Source: Raja brachyura (Eukaryota). Taken from it: 64,000 nt of DNA. Shown here piece after piece: positions 1 to 12,914 of this stretch. Position numbers and translations under genes: made by a program. Location: NCBI GenBank assembly GCA_963514005.1, contig OY740804.1, positions 19,654,001-19,718,000 on the forward strand. The letters are read 5' to 3'. Numbering within the stretch: position 1 is the stretch's first letter; every line of letters starts with the position of its first letter. Under the pieces are notes generated by a model. That model made no database searches. It had not been told where the DNA came from and saw only the letters and a program-made list of their open reading frames with translations.

Positions 1-604
1 TGAAGGGGTGCCAGTGGATGTAGTGTATCTAGACTTTCAGAATGCCTTTGATTAAGGTCCCGCACGGGAGACTGGTGACTAAAATTAGAGCACATGGTAT
101 TGGTGGTAGGGTGTTGACATGGATAGAAAATTGGTTAGCAAAGAGTAGGAGTGAACGGGTCCTTTTCAGAATGGCAGGCAGTGGCGAGTGGAGTGCCGCA
201 AGGCTCGGTGTTGGGGCCGCAACTGTTTATCATGTATATTAATGATTTGGAAGAGGAAATTAGGAGCAACACTAGCAAGTTTGCGGAATTACACAAAGCT
301 GGGCGGCAGTGTGAACTGTGAAGAGGATTTTAGGAGGTTGCAAGGTGACCTGGACAGGTTGAGTACGTGGGCAGATGCGTGGCAGATGCAGTATAATATA
401 GATAAATGTGAGGTTATCCACTTTGGCGGCAAAAACAAGGGAGCAGATTATTATCTCAATGGGGTTAGGTTAGGTAATGGGGAGGTGCAACGAGACCTGG
501 GCGTCCTTGTACACCGGTCACTGAAAGGTGGCTTACAGGTACAGCAGGCAGTGAAGAAAGCTAATGGAATGTTGGCCTTCATAACAAGAGAATTTCAGTA
601 TAGG
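1..604 (+). mobile_element. CR1-clade LINE, ORF2 reverse-transcriptase fragment (frameshifted)
   Basis: Translations KVPHGRLVTKIRAHGIGG, LQGDLDRL..WADAWQMQYNIDKCEVIHFG and VQQAVKKANGMLAFI are typical CR1 RT; several frameshifts. Confidence 0.9.
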
Positions 605-1140
605 AGGAAACTTCTCCAGGTGCACAGTGGAGACCATGCTGACTGGATCCATCGTGGTTTGGTTAAGAAACTTGAACGCCCTGGAGCGCAAAAGACTACA
701 AGAAGTGGTTAACACTGCCCAGTCCATCATCGGCTCTGACCTCCCTTCCATCGAGGAGATCTATTGCAGTCACTGCCACAAAAATGCTGGCAGCATCATC
801 ATGGACCCACACCATCCTGATCACACACTCATCTCCCCACTACCTTCGGGTAGAAGGTACAGGAGCCTGAAGACTGCAACGACCAGGTTCAGGAACAGCT
901 TCTTCCCCACAGCCATCAGGCTATTAAACTCGGCTCGGACAAAACTCTGAACATTAAAAGCCAATAATCTGTTTATTTGCACTTTGTTAGTTTAATTATT
1001 CATGTGTGTATATATTTATGCAATGGTATATGGACACACTGATCTGTTCAGTATTCGTGCCTACTATGTTCTAGTGTGCGAAAGCAAAGCAATAATTTCA
1101 TTGTCCTATCAGGGACACATGACAATAAAACTCTCTTGAA
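605..1140 (+). mobile_element. Rex1/Babar-like non-LTR retrotransposon 3' fragment
   Basis: ORF ends LPSGRRYRSLKTATTRFRNSFFPTAIRLLN; 3' UTR with GACAATAAA and a short-repeat tail. Same family as 41945-42930. Confidence 0.75.
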
Positions 1141-1559
1141 CTCTGTCCAATACTAAAGTTGGCCTTCCCTTAATTTAGAATTTTAACTCGTGAGCCTGCA
1201 CATTTGGAAAGTGGTGAAATCAGTGGACAAAGTCAGCATGGATTTATGAAAGGTAAATCATGTCTGACGAATCTTATAGAATTTTTCGAGGATGTAACTA
1301 GTAGAGTAGATAAGGGAGAACCAGTGGATGTGTTATATCTGGACTTTCAGAAGGCTTTCGACAAGGTCCCACATAAGAGATTAGTATGCAAACTTAAAGC
1401 ACACGGTATTGGGGGTTCAGTATTGATGTGGATAGAGAACTGGCTGGCAGACAGGAAGCAAAGCGTAGGAGTAAACGGATCCTTTTCAGAACGGCAGGCA
1501 GGGACTAGTGGGGTACTGCAAGGCTCAGTGCTGGGACCCCAGCTATTTACAATATATAT

Positions 1560-4500
1560 ATATATTTTTAAATATTTTTATTTATTAGAGGTACAGTAAA
1601 TTAGATCAGTGTACATCCCGTATATATTATTACAATCATTGTACCCCTTAGTTTTTAAGGCTATTAAAAAAAGGAATCGAAACAGAGAAAGTGAGAGAGA
1701 ATTGTGAAAGTGAAGATGCGTGACGAAGGGAAAGAAGAGAGAACCCTTAGTCGAGGAGTTAGAGAAAGGAGATTAAGAGATAGACCCTAGAAAAATAGAG
1801 AGAGAAAGAAGAAAAAAGGAAAAGACAGATACTTTATTATAAACATCATGCAAAAGGAATTTACCAACTCGGCAATTTTGCATCCCCCTTTACCAAGACC
1901 TGACGCCGGTACATTTTTGAGGTACTCTTGCACCCTATCCTTATAGATCTATAAATGCAGGCCACGTCTTATAAAAGCAATCTGATTTTCCTGCCACTTG
2001 TAGTCTCATATCTTCCAGATGTAGTGTTTCAAACAGTTGAAATTCACATATTTACTGTTGGTATGGGAGCATTTTTCCAGAATTTTAAGATTAGCTTTTT
2101 TCCAGTTATTAACCCGTATTCAAATAGATTCTTTTGAAACACATTTAATTCAGGGCTACCTTCCGTTGTTCCAAGAAAAATCCATTCTGCTTTTGGTGTC
2201 AGTTTTATTTTAAATAATTTTTTGAAGATTTCAGAAATTTCACTCCAAAGGTTTTGAGTTTTTATACAAACGACAAATGAGTGCGCTATAGTAGCTTCTT
2301 GGGACTGGCATTTATCACAGATAGGTGAGGCGTTGGGAAAAAGTTTACTTATTTTAGTTTTTGAATAGTATAATCTATGTAATATTTTAAATTGTATTAA
2401 AGTGTGTCTTTCGTTAATTGAACATTTGCGCATATTTAAAAAGTATTCTTCCCACCTCTCTTTGGAAATTTTGATAGCTAATTCTTGTTCCCAGTCTCTT
2501 CTAATACCTTCAGTTGTTGGTATTTCTGCATTTAGAATATTATATATATATGATATTGTTTGCTGATTCAGCCTTTATCTTAATCGCTTCATCCAGTAGA
2601 TCTAATGGCATAATGTAATATTCTTGTACATATTTTTTCAGATAGTCACATATTTGAAAATATTTAAAATACTGATTGTTTCCCAAATTGTACTTTAGTT
2701 GTGGTTGTTTAAATGATAGTAATTTTCCCATTTCATACAAGTCTCCCAACATTTTAATCCCTGCTCTTTCCCATTGTATAAATGCTTTATCTATAATTCA
2801 GGGTTTAAACGAAGGGTTTTTAACTATAAGAGATAAGAGAGATAAATTTCTTAATTTTAAGTATTTTATTTGTTTCCAAGTTCCAATTGTACTATATATA
2901 ATTGGATTTTTGTTATAGTTTGTATTATTCAACTTCATTGGTGAGAGAAGGGTCGCTCCAATATTACAAGGGGAGCAGTCCTCTTTCTCCATAATAATCC
3001 AATCCAGTTGCTGGGCACAATTATCCAGCAGTTGAATCATATTTCTAATATTTACAGACCAACAGTAATACATAAAGTTAGGGAGTGCTAATCCCCCTAC
3101 TACTTTGGGTTTATTCAAGTTTATTCTTTGTATTCTATGGGACTTATAATCCCATATAAAATTTATAATGTCTGAATCCAGTTTAAAGAAAAACTTTTTT
3201 GGTAGGTATATTGGAATTGATTGGAACAGGTATAAAATTTGTGGTAGAAAAGTCATTTTATAGCATTTATTCGGCCTATTAAAGACATCTGAAGCGTTTT
3301 CCAGAATTTAATTAAATTATATAATTTCTTAAGTAAAGTATTATAATTTGCATTAAAGATATCTTGATATCTTCTAGTAATTTCAATGCTGAAGTATTTA
3401 AATTTTTCTATAGCTATTTTAAAAGGAAACTGTAAGAGATGTTTTGAATCTTTTGGTTTTATTGACATGATTTCGCTTTTGTTCCAATTTATTCTGTATC
3501 CTGAAAATGATCCAATATCCTCAATTAAATTTAATATATTTGGTATAGTGATATGAGTTTTGTGATGTACAGTAGTACATCATCAGCGTATAATGGTATT
3601 TTATTGTTTGAATATTTTGTATTGTAGCCATGGATATTCGGATGAGTTCTAATTCTTTCTGCTAGGGGTTCAATTATAAGAGCAAATAACAGCGGTGATA
3701 GTGAACATCCTTGTCTATTACCCCTTGACAATTGAAATTTCGTAGATAAAATGTTATTAGTTAATATTCTGGCCATTGGCTTATTATATAGTAATTTAAT
3801 CCATAGAATGAAATTCTCTCCCAGTTGGAATTTTTGCAATACTTTAACCATATAATTCCATTCCACCTGATCGAATGCTTTATCTGCATCCAACGAAATA
3901 ATTGATAATTCTTGATCTTCAATTTGGTGTGAATGCATTATGTTAAGCAGATGTCTTAAATTATTAAATGATTGTCTCTTAGGGATAAACCCCGTTTGAT
4001 CCGGATATATTAATTTACTAGCATACTTACTTAATCTTCTAGCTAATATTTTCGCTAATATTTTTGAATCTGTGTTTAACAACGCAATAGCTCTATATGA
4101 TCCGGGTTCTTCCACATCATTATCTTTCTTAAGTATTAATGTAATCGTTGATTCTGCTAGTGTTTCAGGTAGTATTTGTTCTTTAAAGGCATATGTATAC
4201 ATTTTCTGTAGGAGTGGTGTAAATATGTCGTAAAAACTTTTATAGAATTCATTACTAAATCCATCAGGACCTGGTGTTTTTCCATTCTTTAATGAGATTA
4301 TTGTTTCTTCTATTTCCTTATTTGTGATTTGTGCTCACAATTTCTCTTGTTCCTGCAACTCTAGTTTTGAAAGATTACAGTTATCCAAGAACTCTGTGAC
4401 TTTAATGGTGTCCGTTGTCGTTTTAGATGTATACAAATTCTCATAAAATTGCGCAAATCTTTTATTAATATAATTCAGTAAAGTTAATACTTCCCCTCTA

Positions 4501-5483
4501 TCTGATTTGATCTTTGAGATCATGTGTTCTTTTTCTCGATTTTCTTTTTTTATCCCCAAAATCAAAATGTTCCTGTCTTGTAATTTGGAATAATCTCATA
4601 ACTTTAGCTGATAATAATTTATTTAATTTAAATTTCAGTATTAATATTTTATTGTGTTTATCCATAGTTGGGTCTTTAGCATTATCTATATCCAGTTGTC
4701 TAATTTGTTCTTCTAACTGTCTTTGTTCGTTCTTGTTTTTTTTATTTTGAAAAGCTTGGTATGAAATTATAACACCTCTAATAAATGCTTTGAAAGACTC
4801 CCATAATAATGTAGGTGATATGTCTGGAGTGTCATTTATTTTGAAAAAGAGATCCATTTGCCGTTTTAAATATATACTCCCTTGCGGGTCTTTTAAAATT
4901 TGAGGGTTGTACCTCCAAAACGATTTATTCTTAGACATTCCTTCCAGTTTTAAAAATAAAGTTAGTGGGGAGTGATCTGAAATCATGTTGGGATGGTATT
5001 TTAGATTCAAAGTATACGGAATTAATTTTGTATCCACCAGGAAATAATCTACACGTGAACATGTCTTGTGTACCATTGAATAAAACGAGTATTCCCTGCC
5101 GGTCGGATTTGCAATTCTCCAAACATCTGTTATATTTGTTTTTATTTATGTATGTGTTTAAAAGTTCGCCAGTTTTAGATTTCGTATTACCTCACTGTTT
5201 TTGGCTAGATTTGTCTAGGTAAAGGTCTAAAACACAATTAAAGTCTCCACCTATTATGACATTTTGGTAATTATATTTGCGTTTGTATTCAAGATTTTAT
5301 TGAAACAATGCAGATTGTCAAAGTTGGGCGCATATATATTTACCAAGGTGGTTGGGGTAGCATGGATCTCACCGGTAACTATCAAATATCTCCCATCCTT
5401 ATCTGTTAAGGTAGTTTTTAGTTTAAATGGTATGCCTTTGTGAATAATAATTTACGTGCCTCTAGATTTCGACGTATATGACG
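1560..5483 (-). mobile_element. 5'-truncated L1-clade LINE (ORF2: partial APE endonuclease, RT, C-terminal Cys motif), degenerate
   Basis: Minus-strand ORFs SRVDYFL/ISDHSP (endonuclease), SYRAIALLNTDSKILAK..QTGF..RQGCSLSPLLF..YADD (RT) and CDKCQSQEATIAHSFVVC; A-rich 3' end near 1560; 16-bp TSD TATTTACAATATATAT at 1544-1559 and 5484-5499. Confidence 0.92.
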
Positions 5484-5765
5484 TATTTACAATATATATT
5501 AATGATCTGGATGAGGGAATTGAATGCAACATCTCCAAGTTTGCGGATGACACGAAGCTGGGGGGCAGTGTTAGCTGTGAGGAGGATGCTAGGAGGCTGC
5601 AAGGTGACTTGGATAGGCTGGGAGAGTGTGCAAATGCATGGCACATGCAGTATAATGTGGATAAATGTGAGGTTATCCACTTTGGTGGCAAAAACAGGAA
5701 AGTAAACTATTATCTGAATGGTGGTCGATTAGGAAAAGGGGAGATGAAACGAGACCTGGGTGTCA

Positions 5766-6037
5766 AGTCAAGTGAAGTCAAGTCATGTTTATTCGTCACA
5801 TACACATACGGGATGTGCAGTGAAATGAAAGGTGGCAGTGCCTGCGGACTTTGTGCAAAAAACAAACAAACAAACAACCAACATACTTCAAACAATCACA
5901 TGTTCTTTTCCATAATAAAATATTGTGGGCGGTATTGTGGTACAGTAACTGTTGTAGAGTTAGTCCCTGGTGAGATAGGAGTTTACAGTCCAAATGGCCT
6001 CTGGGAAGAAACTCTTTCTCATCCTCTTCGTTCTCAA
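5766..6037 (-). mobile_element. Short LINE 3'-end fragment (Rex1/L2-like) inserted in CR1
   Basis: Splits the CR1 sequence GACCTGGGTGTCA|TGGTACACC; begins with an (AAGTC)-type repeat and TTTATT, i.e. a minus-strand tail and poly(A) signal. Confidence 0.6.
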
Positions 6038-6393
6038 TCATGGTACACCAGTCATTGAAAGTAGGCATGCAGGTGCAGCAGGCAGTGAAGAAAGCGAATG
6101 GTATGTTAGCATTCATAGCAAAAGGATTTGAGTATAGGAGCAGGGAGGTTCTACTGCAGTTGTACAGGGTCTTGGTGAGACCACACCTGGAGTATTGCAT
6201 ACAGTTCTGGTCTCCTAATCTGAGGAAAGACATTCTTGCCATAGAGGGAGTACAGAGAAGGTTCACCAGACTGATTCTGGGGATAGCAGGACTTTCATAT
6301 GAAGAAAGACTGGATAGACTGGGCTTGTACTCGCTTGAATTTAGAAAATTGAGGGGGGAATCTTATCGAAACTTGCAAAATTCTTAATGGGTT

Positions 6394-6440
6394 CTTCTTC
6401 TTCTTGCGTATGGCGTGCACAGCCTAATGTTGTAGACAAC
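6394..6440 (-). mobile_element. 47-bp retroposed 3' tip with (GAA)n tail (RTE-like)
   Basis: Flanked by TTCTTAATGGGTT (6381-6393) and TTCTTAAGGGGTT (6441-6453); reads ...TACGCAAGAAGAAGAAG on the minus strand. Confidence 0.65.
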
Positions 6441-7249
6441 TTCTTAAGGGGTTGGACAGGCTAGATGCAGGAAGATTGTTCCCCATGTTGGGGAAGTACA
6501 GAACAAGGGGTCACAGTTTAAGGATAAGGGGGCAGTCTTTTAGGACTGAGATGAGAAGAACATTTTTCACACAGAGAGTGGTGAATCTGTGGAACTCTCT
6601 GCCACAGAAGGTAGTTGAGGCCAGTTCATTGGCTATATTTAAGAGGGAGTTAGATGTGGCCCTTGTGGCTAAATGGATCAGGGGGTATGGAGAGGAGGCA
6701 GGTACAGGATACAGAGTTGGATGATCAGCCATGATCATATTGAATGACGGTGCAGGCTCGAAGGGCCGAATGGCCTACTCCTGCACCCATTTTCTATGTT
6801 TCAATGTTTGTATAGCACAATTCCCCAGTTACTACAGAATATGCAGAGCAGCCCACTAAGTCTATATGCAAGAGGCGACATTTTGGCTCAATTTTACAGT
6901 CCCAGCTGCAGCTGGCCACAAAAGCCTGTGGCAGCCGGTGACTCCATTTCAATCGTCCTCCAAACTAATGTCACTCACCTGGGTCTCTGCTATACTTCCG
7001 ATTCTCCTGAGTGAGCAGAATGGTCACTCACTGTTGGCCATCCGTAATGATATGGTGACTCTTCCCCTTCACACTTTGCAAAGGTACCTGCATGTTGAGC
7101 ATTCTCTCAGATTGTGACAATTTTCCCACAAGGGAACTGTCTTCAGCATGACAAACAGCTCACCATGGAGATCACTAGGCTTTTCACAATTCATGCACTC
7201 TGCTATTTCTACAGACTGGAGAAGTCCATGTCCCTAGTATAGTTTTGTT

Positions 7250-7950
7250 TAGGTTAAGTTACTTTAGAGATACAGTGTGGAAACAGGCCATTCGGCCCAG
7301 CGAGTCCACACCAACCAGTCATCCCTGAACATTAACATCATCATTTACACTTATACCAAGCTAATTAACCTACAAACCTGTAGAAACATAGAAAATAGGT
7401 ACAGGAGGAGGCCATTCGCCCCTTCGAGCCAGCACCTCCATTCATTGTGATCATGGTTGATCGTCCGCTATCAATAACCCGTGCCTGCCTTCGCCCCATA
7501 TCCCTTGACTCCACTAGCCCCTAGACCTCTATCCAACTCTCTCTTAAATCCATCCAGTGATTTGGCCTCCACTGCCCTCTGTGGCAGGGCATTCCATAAA
7601 TTCACAACACTCTGGGTGAAAACGTTTTTTCTCGCCTCACTCCTAAATGACCTCCACTTTATTCTAAGACTGTGGCCCCTGGTTCTGGACTCGCCCAACA
7701 TTGGGAACATTTTTCTTGCATCTAGCTTGTCCAGTCCTTTTATAATTTTATATGTTTCTATAAGATTTTCCCCTCATCCTTGTCTTTGAAGTGTGGGAGG
7801 AACCCAAAGATCTTGGAAAAAACGCACGTGGTCACGGGGAGAACGTACAAACTCCGTATAGACAGCACACATAGTCGGGATCGAACCCGTGTCTCCGGCG
7901 CTGCACGTGCTATAAGGCAGCAACTCTACTGCTGCGCCACCATGCCGCCC
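7250..7950 (-). mobile_element. tRNA-derived V-SINE (HE1-like) split by a CR1 3' fragment (7381-7770, minus)
   Basis: Minus strand has A-box-like GGTGGCGCAGCAGTAG, B box GGTTCGATCCC, V-domain GGAGTTTGTACGTTCTCCCCGTGA and a (CTAAA)-like tail; CR1 3' UTR lies in the middle. Confidence 0.8.
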
Positions 7951-7989
7951 TGTAGCTGTGCGAGAGGTTACAGCCCTACATGAGTATTT

Positions 7990-8220
7990 ACAGGGTTGTT
8001 CCTCAGGTTGTGTTGTACTTCAGCCCCACTCTCCTGATCTTTGGGCACCTGCTACTGGGGGTAGTGGATTATTCAGATGATCTTCAACGGATCATCCATC
8101 TGCTGCTGGGCTTGACCAAGGTGGACATTCACAGGAGCAGGCAGTGGGCTGTGGAAGGTTGGTGTCCACTGGCTCCTAGGAGCTTTCTGGGACCGGTGAG
8201 GACTGAAGTACATCCTCAAC
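7990..8220 (+). mobile_element. Tx1-like L1-clade ORF2 C-terminal remnant
   Basis: FSPTLLIFGH...LLLGLTKVDIHRSRQ resembles the Tx1-like fragment at 38570-39190 (LLLGLAKMAIHGSRQ). Confidence 0.55.
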
Positions 8221-8829
8221 AAGGATGGTAGTGCTTTAAGTCGAGAACCATGCGAGTATTGTTATGGAAATTAATTGGCAATAGGTTAGAGAGGAAGATA
8301 GTATGTTTCCCTTGAGTTCAGGTGGTTAAAGCGGCCGTTCCAGGTGTCCCAAGCCGCTGTGAGGACTCTCCCGACGCCAGAACACCAACACCCGGCGAGA
8401 AGGCCTAAAACAGCGGGCCGCCGTAGCGCCGACTGCGGAGGCCTCAATAGGCCTGACTATGGGTGGACTTGGGGATGGGACTGGACTTTGTGCCTTCCCC
8501 ACAGTGGGAACCATTGTGGGGGGATGTTTTTATGTTCATTGTTAATTCTTTAGTGTGGTGTCTTATCTTTATTTGTGTGCTGCATGGCAAGTCAAATTTC
8601 ACTACACCAATTGGTGTATGTGACAATAAATGTCCTTTGTCCTTTAAAAAGGGGTATGACTGAGATATAGATTGAGTAAACTACAGGCAGAAAAAAACGG
8701 GATTAAAATCCAGTTTTGTAATGCCTGTCAGAGGCGGATTTCCATATATATATATATATATCTCAATTATCATTATTTTTAAACTAAATATTCACAACAG
8801 TTTGAGTCACATGTATTGTTCAAAAAACA

Positions 8830-9745
8830 ATTTTGATTATATTTTGAGTGGATGTTTCTGGATTAATTTATGGGAATTAAACATTAAATTCCTTCCATCT
8901 AGCATATAAATCCACGACAGTGAGATTTAAAAATCATGTTATATTGTGAATTCTTGTGTGAATGGGATTAGTTTGTTATTTGTATACTTAGGCTATTAAA
9001 TAAAATTATCCTTTTCTTAAGAAATGGAATCTACAGGACATTCTTAATGGTGAAGTAGTGGGCAGAAAGGCATGTCATGCATGGTTTGAAGAGCAAAAAC
9101 TTGTAGTTTACAATGCCAAATTTGAAAAGTTGAGAAAAAACAAGGTGTACAGAGTTGCTTATTGGTTACAACCTGAGGAGTATGATGATGCTACTGATTA
9201 TGATATACCAATGTACCAGCTAGCAACTGATCTTCTCCATAAAGACTTGGTCTATTGCTAGAAATTGTAATTTATTTACCTATCTGTTACGGACTTACAG
9301 CATATTATACAATAATATTAAAGTTCTGATCTTGAGAATATCACATTTTTGAATTTTCAAGGCAGTCTGGGTGTTTATTACTATTTCCGTCACAACGGTC
9401 AATTTTGTAATTAGCTACAATTAGGTAATTAACTAATTATATGCTTTAATTTCAGGTCATCCAAGTAATTTGTTTTATATTTGTTTCAGAATGCTTCAAT
9501 CTACAATAACTGAAAATTTCATTCAGTTCTCTTAAATTTTAAGAACGTTATGAGCTTTTGATTGTCGTCGATCACAGCTTTTGTGTTAAGTCAATGGAAA
9601 AGCATTAGGGAACAAGATGCTAATTTCCGAGTATGAAAATTGTCATAACTTTTTTAATACTGAAGATATGAGAGTGCATTTGGTGTCAAATTAAACTTCC
9701 TTTTATGCTTTATCTGATGGGATAAATTGCAGACTTGATTTTGCT
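8830..9745 (-). mobile_element. Partial copy of the ~1-kb AT-rich DNA transposon family, carrying a ~370-bp foreign insert
   Basis: Colinear with 51690-52220 (e.g. GCTTTATCTGATGGGATAAATTGCAGACTTGATTTT); 9029-9400 is absent from the other copies. Confidence 0.75.
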
Positions 9746-10607
9746 ATAAAGGGGATGCAATGGGGACATTCTTTACCCCGACTGTGGTAAGTACCTGGAT
9801 CACATTTTCGAAGAGTGATGAAAGCAGTCACCAGCAGAATTTAAGAAGTGTCTAATCGAGCACTTGTATCGCCCAGACACAGAAGGCTACGGGCCAACTC
9901 CTGGGAGATCGGATTAATAAGACACAGACAAAAAGATGCAAAGTGCTGGAGTAAGTCAGCAGGTCAGGCAGCATCTCTGGAGAACATAGATTGAAATGTG
10001 AAGCCAGAAGAAGGGAGATAGTTAGAACTAACCAATTTTAGGTAGTTAACCAACAACAACCCTTTTCTCTGTCCCAGTCCCTTGCCACCCATATCACTTC
10101 CTCTCACTCCAAATTGAATGTCTCTTCTCTCTGTATCGCAAAGCCTTTTGTCTTCCCATCTCTGGAATTTGTCCAACTATACGCCAATCAAAACTCCCTT
10201 ACCTGCATCCACCGATCACTTGCCACGCCCCATCCAGTTTCCACCCCCTACTATATACAACCCGAAATGTTACCCATTCCTTCTCTTCAGAGATGCTGCC
10301 TGTCTCACTGAGTTACTCCAGCATTTTGTGTCTGCCTTCAATTTCATCCAACATCTGCAGTTCTTTCTTAGACAAAATGTTACCTCTGTGTTCTTGAAAG
10401 GTGCTGCTTGACCCGTTGAGTTACTCCAGTACTTAGTGTACACTTTGGGGGATTCATAATGAGGTGCCCCCTAGTTGGCGTTGACATGATTGGCCAAATG
10501 CCCTGTATGACCAATGACTAATATTTAAATAAACCACTTTTTGTTCTTAAACGGTGGGGAATTACAAACTTCTCCAAATCAAACCCAATTCCCCCACTGA
10601 CACTTAC

Positions 10608-10892
10608 CAGGGGGTTCACAGATGTCCTTCAGCGGGATCACTGCTTCCTTCTTACTGATTGGGTTACTGGCCTCGCACTTGTACACAATGCCCGCATCCG
10701 CTCCACTGTGATGAATCTCTACCGTCTCACTGTTTCCCTGGAAGTAATGGATGCTGCCGTTTCCCAGAGGTTCACTGTTCTTCCACCAACTGAATCTGGT
10801 GGGGTTGCCAAAGGGCACGGAGCAGGTCAGGAGGAAGAAGTTGCAGATACTGGTGATGTTCTTTGCCTTGATATGTGTTTCTGATATGGGCG
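10608..10892 (-). CDS. Gene A exon: C2-type Ig domain of a CD2/SLAM-family receptor
   Basis: ccccAG acceptor, GTAAGT donor, 285 nt, phase 1-1; APISETHIK..CNFFLLTCSV..FSWWKN..YKCEASNPISK..DIC with the four-Cys pattern of the CD2/SLAM second domain. Confidence 0.88.
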
Positions 10893-11889
10893 CTGGGGTT
10901 GGAACGGAAATTAAAGATGAGTAAAAGAGATCCTTGTGGATCCAACTTTCCCCCTTCCAAAAATCCCTAACTTTTCCCCAACGCCAACAACCACGAGTGA
11001 ATTTCAAGCCGATCCCATTAATTTCCACCCACCAGTTTAACTCTTCCCCTCATCCCCACTCTCTTCCGTTCAGCCCATTGGCGCAGGAGGAAGTCCATAC
11101 ATATGCTACGCTTCCTTCCCGACCACTGCCCTCACTCATCAGCAATGTCATAAATATTCTCAGCCAATAAACTTGGCCACTGGTGGAGAGATTTCCAAAG
11201 ACACACCCCTCTAAGTAAATAAATTACTCCCCTTCTCTGTCCTGAAAGGCCAACCTTATTCTGAGAATGTAACCACTGATTCCAGGTATCCCAACTTACA
11301 TCTTACGTGCATGACTTGTCCATGTGGATGACAGTAAGGAGGAGCGCTCCAGGCTGCAGAGAGGTGGAGATGGGCTGGTCAGCTGAGTAGGGTTGTGGTA
11401 ATTAGAGTTTAATGGATGGAAGTATGAGGTGATACAATTGGAGAGTTGAAACGGGTCCAGGCAATAGGCAATAAATGGGAGGGTGGGAGTGTGGTGGAGG
11501 ACACAAGGAGCTGGAAGCAAAGATCCCTGATGGAGTTGGGATATCAACAAGGGTTAATCCGGCAGATAGGATGCTTTGCTTTCATTGAGATGGAAGTATA
11601 AGAGCAGGGAGAGAATGCTAGCGTCGTGCCCAACACTGAGGACAGTTCTAGTCACCACATCCCGGGAGGAACAGGCTTGTGTTGGAGGATACAGAGGGGA
11701 TTTATTAGGATTTTACAGACTGGGATATTATCGCTGTGCAGAATCATGGGAGAGACCAAGTTGTTTTCCCCGGAACAGAAGAGGCTGAGAGGAAGCGTTT
11801 GAGGGGTGTAAAATGATGAGAGGACTGGGCACAGTCAACAGGAAGGAGCGGGTTCCCTGAGCAGAGGGGCGGATGGACAGGAATCGGGG

Positions 11890-12900
11890 CAAGGATCAGA
11901 GCATGGATGAAGGAGCTTCTCCAGAGAGTGGGGTCGAGGACCCACTGATTGATGGGAAGGGATGGGTGAACGAAGGAGTTGTAGAGGGAGCAGGCTCTAT
12001 GGAAGGCGGAAAGGGATGGAGATAGGAATATGCAACTGGCGGTAGAATCACTGAGGTGATGGAAATGTCGGATGATGTGTCGGATGCGGAGCCTGGCCAT
12101 ATGAAAGGCGAGGACCAGCAGTACTCTTTCCTTGTTGGAACTCTGGGGGGAGTGAGAACGGAACTATCGGACACAGAGGAGATGAGGGTGAGGGATCCAC
12201 CTATGACAGCAGGGGGGAAACCAGATACAGGCGAGGGTTGGGGTTTGGATAGACAGATGGTTGGACAAAGTCCAGAGATATAAAGGTGTGAGATAAGGAT
12301 AGGAGGGGCAAATAGTAAAGTCGGAGGAAGGAATATAGATGGAAGTGGAGGGGGACGGGGAGAGGATGGGTACGAGTGCCGATGGAGGCACAGGGAAGGG
12401 GGGAGTGAAGAAAAAGAAAGCCAAATTTAGTGGAAAGGGCAAGGGGGTTATAGGTTAGTTACCTAAAATTGGAAAATTCAATGTTCATAGCGTTAGGTTG
12501 TAAGTTACGCTAGCAGAATAGGAGGTACTGTTCCTCCAATGTCCGTGTGGTCTCACTGTGGCAATGGAGATGGCCCAGGACTGAAAGGTCAGTATAGGAA
12601 TGGGAAGAAGAGTCAAAATGGTTAGCAACCAGGAGATCCAGCAGGCCTTGGTGGGCCGAGCAAATATTCGGCGAAACAATCGGCGAGTATACACTTGGTC
12701 TCGTCGATGTACAGGAACCCACATCAGGAACACCAGATGTAGTAGATGAGTTTAGAGGAGGTGCATGTGAACCTCTGCCTCACCTGGAAGGATGTTGGGG
12801 ATACTGGGTGAAGGTGAGAGAGGAGGTATCGGAACAGATGTTACGTTCCCCTGTGACTGCAGGAGATGTATCTGGGGAGGGGGTGGTTTGGGTGGAAAGG
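11890..12900 (-). mobile_element. Penelope-like element fragments (RT C-terminus / GIY-YIG region / pLTR)
   Basis: Minus-strand ANHFDSSSHSYTDLSVLGHLHCHSETTRTLEEQYLLF matches the Penelope GIY-YIG C-terminus also seen at 33840-34090. Confidence 0.7.
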
Positions 12901-12914
12901 GATGCATGAACCAG

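Larger units (their letters stand above)
1200..6801 (+). mobile_element. CR1 LINE (RT to 3' tail) interrupted by three younger insertions
   Basis: QHGFMKGKSCLTNL...[14 protein letters not shown] (1204-1560) resumes as INDLDEGIECNISKFADDTK at ~5490 and continues to the 3' UTR/tail GGCCTACTCCTGCACC...TTTCTATGTTTC. Confidence 0.9.

Noticed and set aside
1-10607. Transmembrane or cytoplasmic exons of gene A
   Set aside because: Nearly all of this interval is explained by transposons and no convincing spliceable TM exon was seen on the minus strand.
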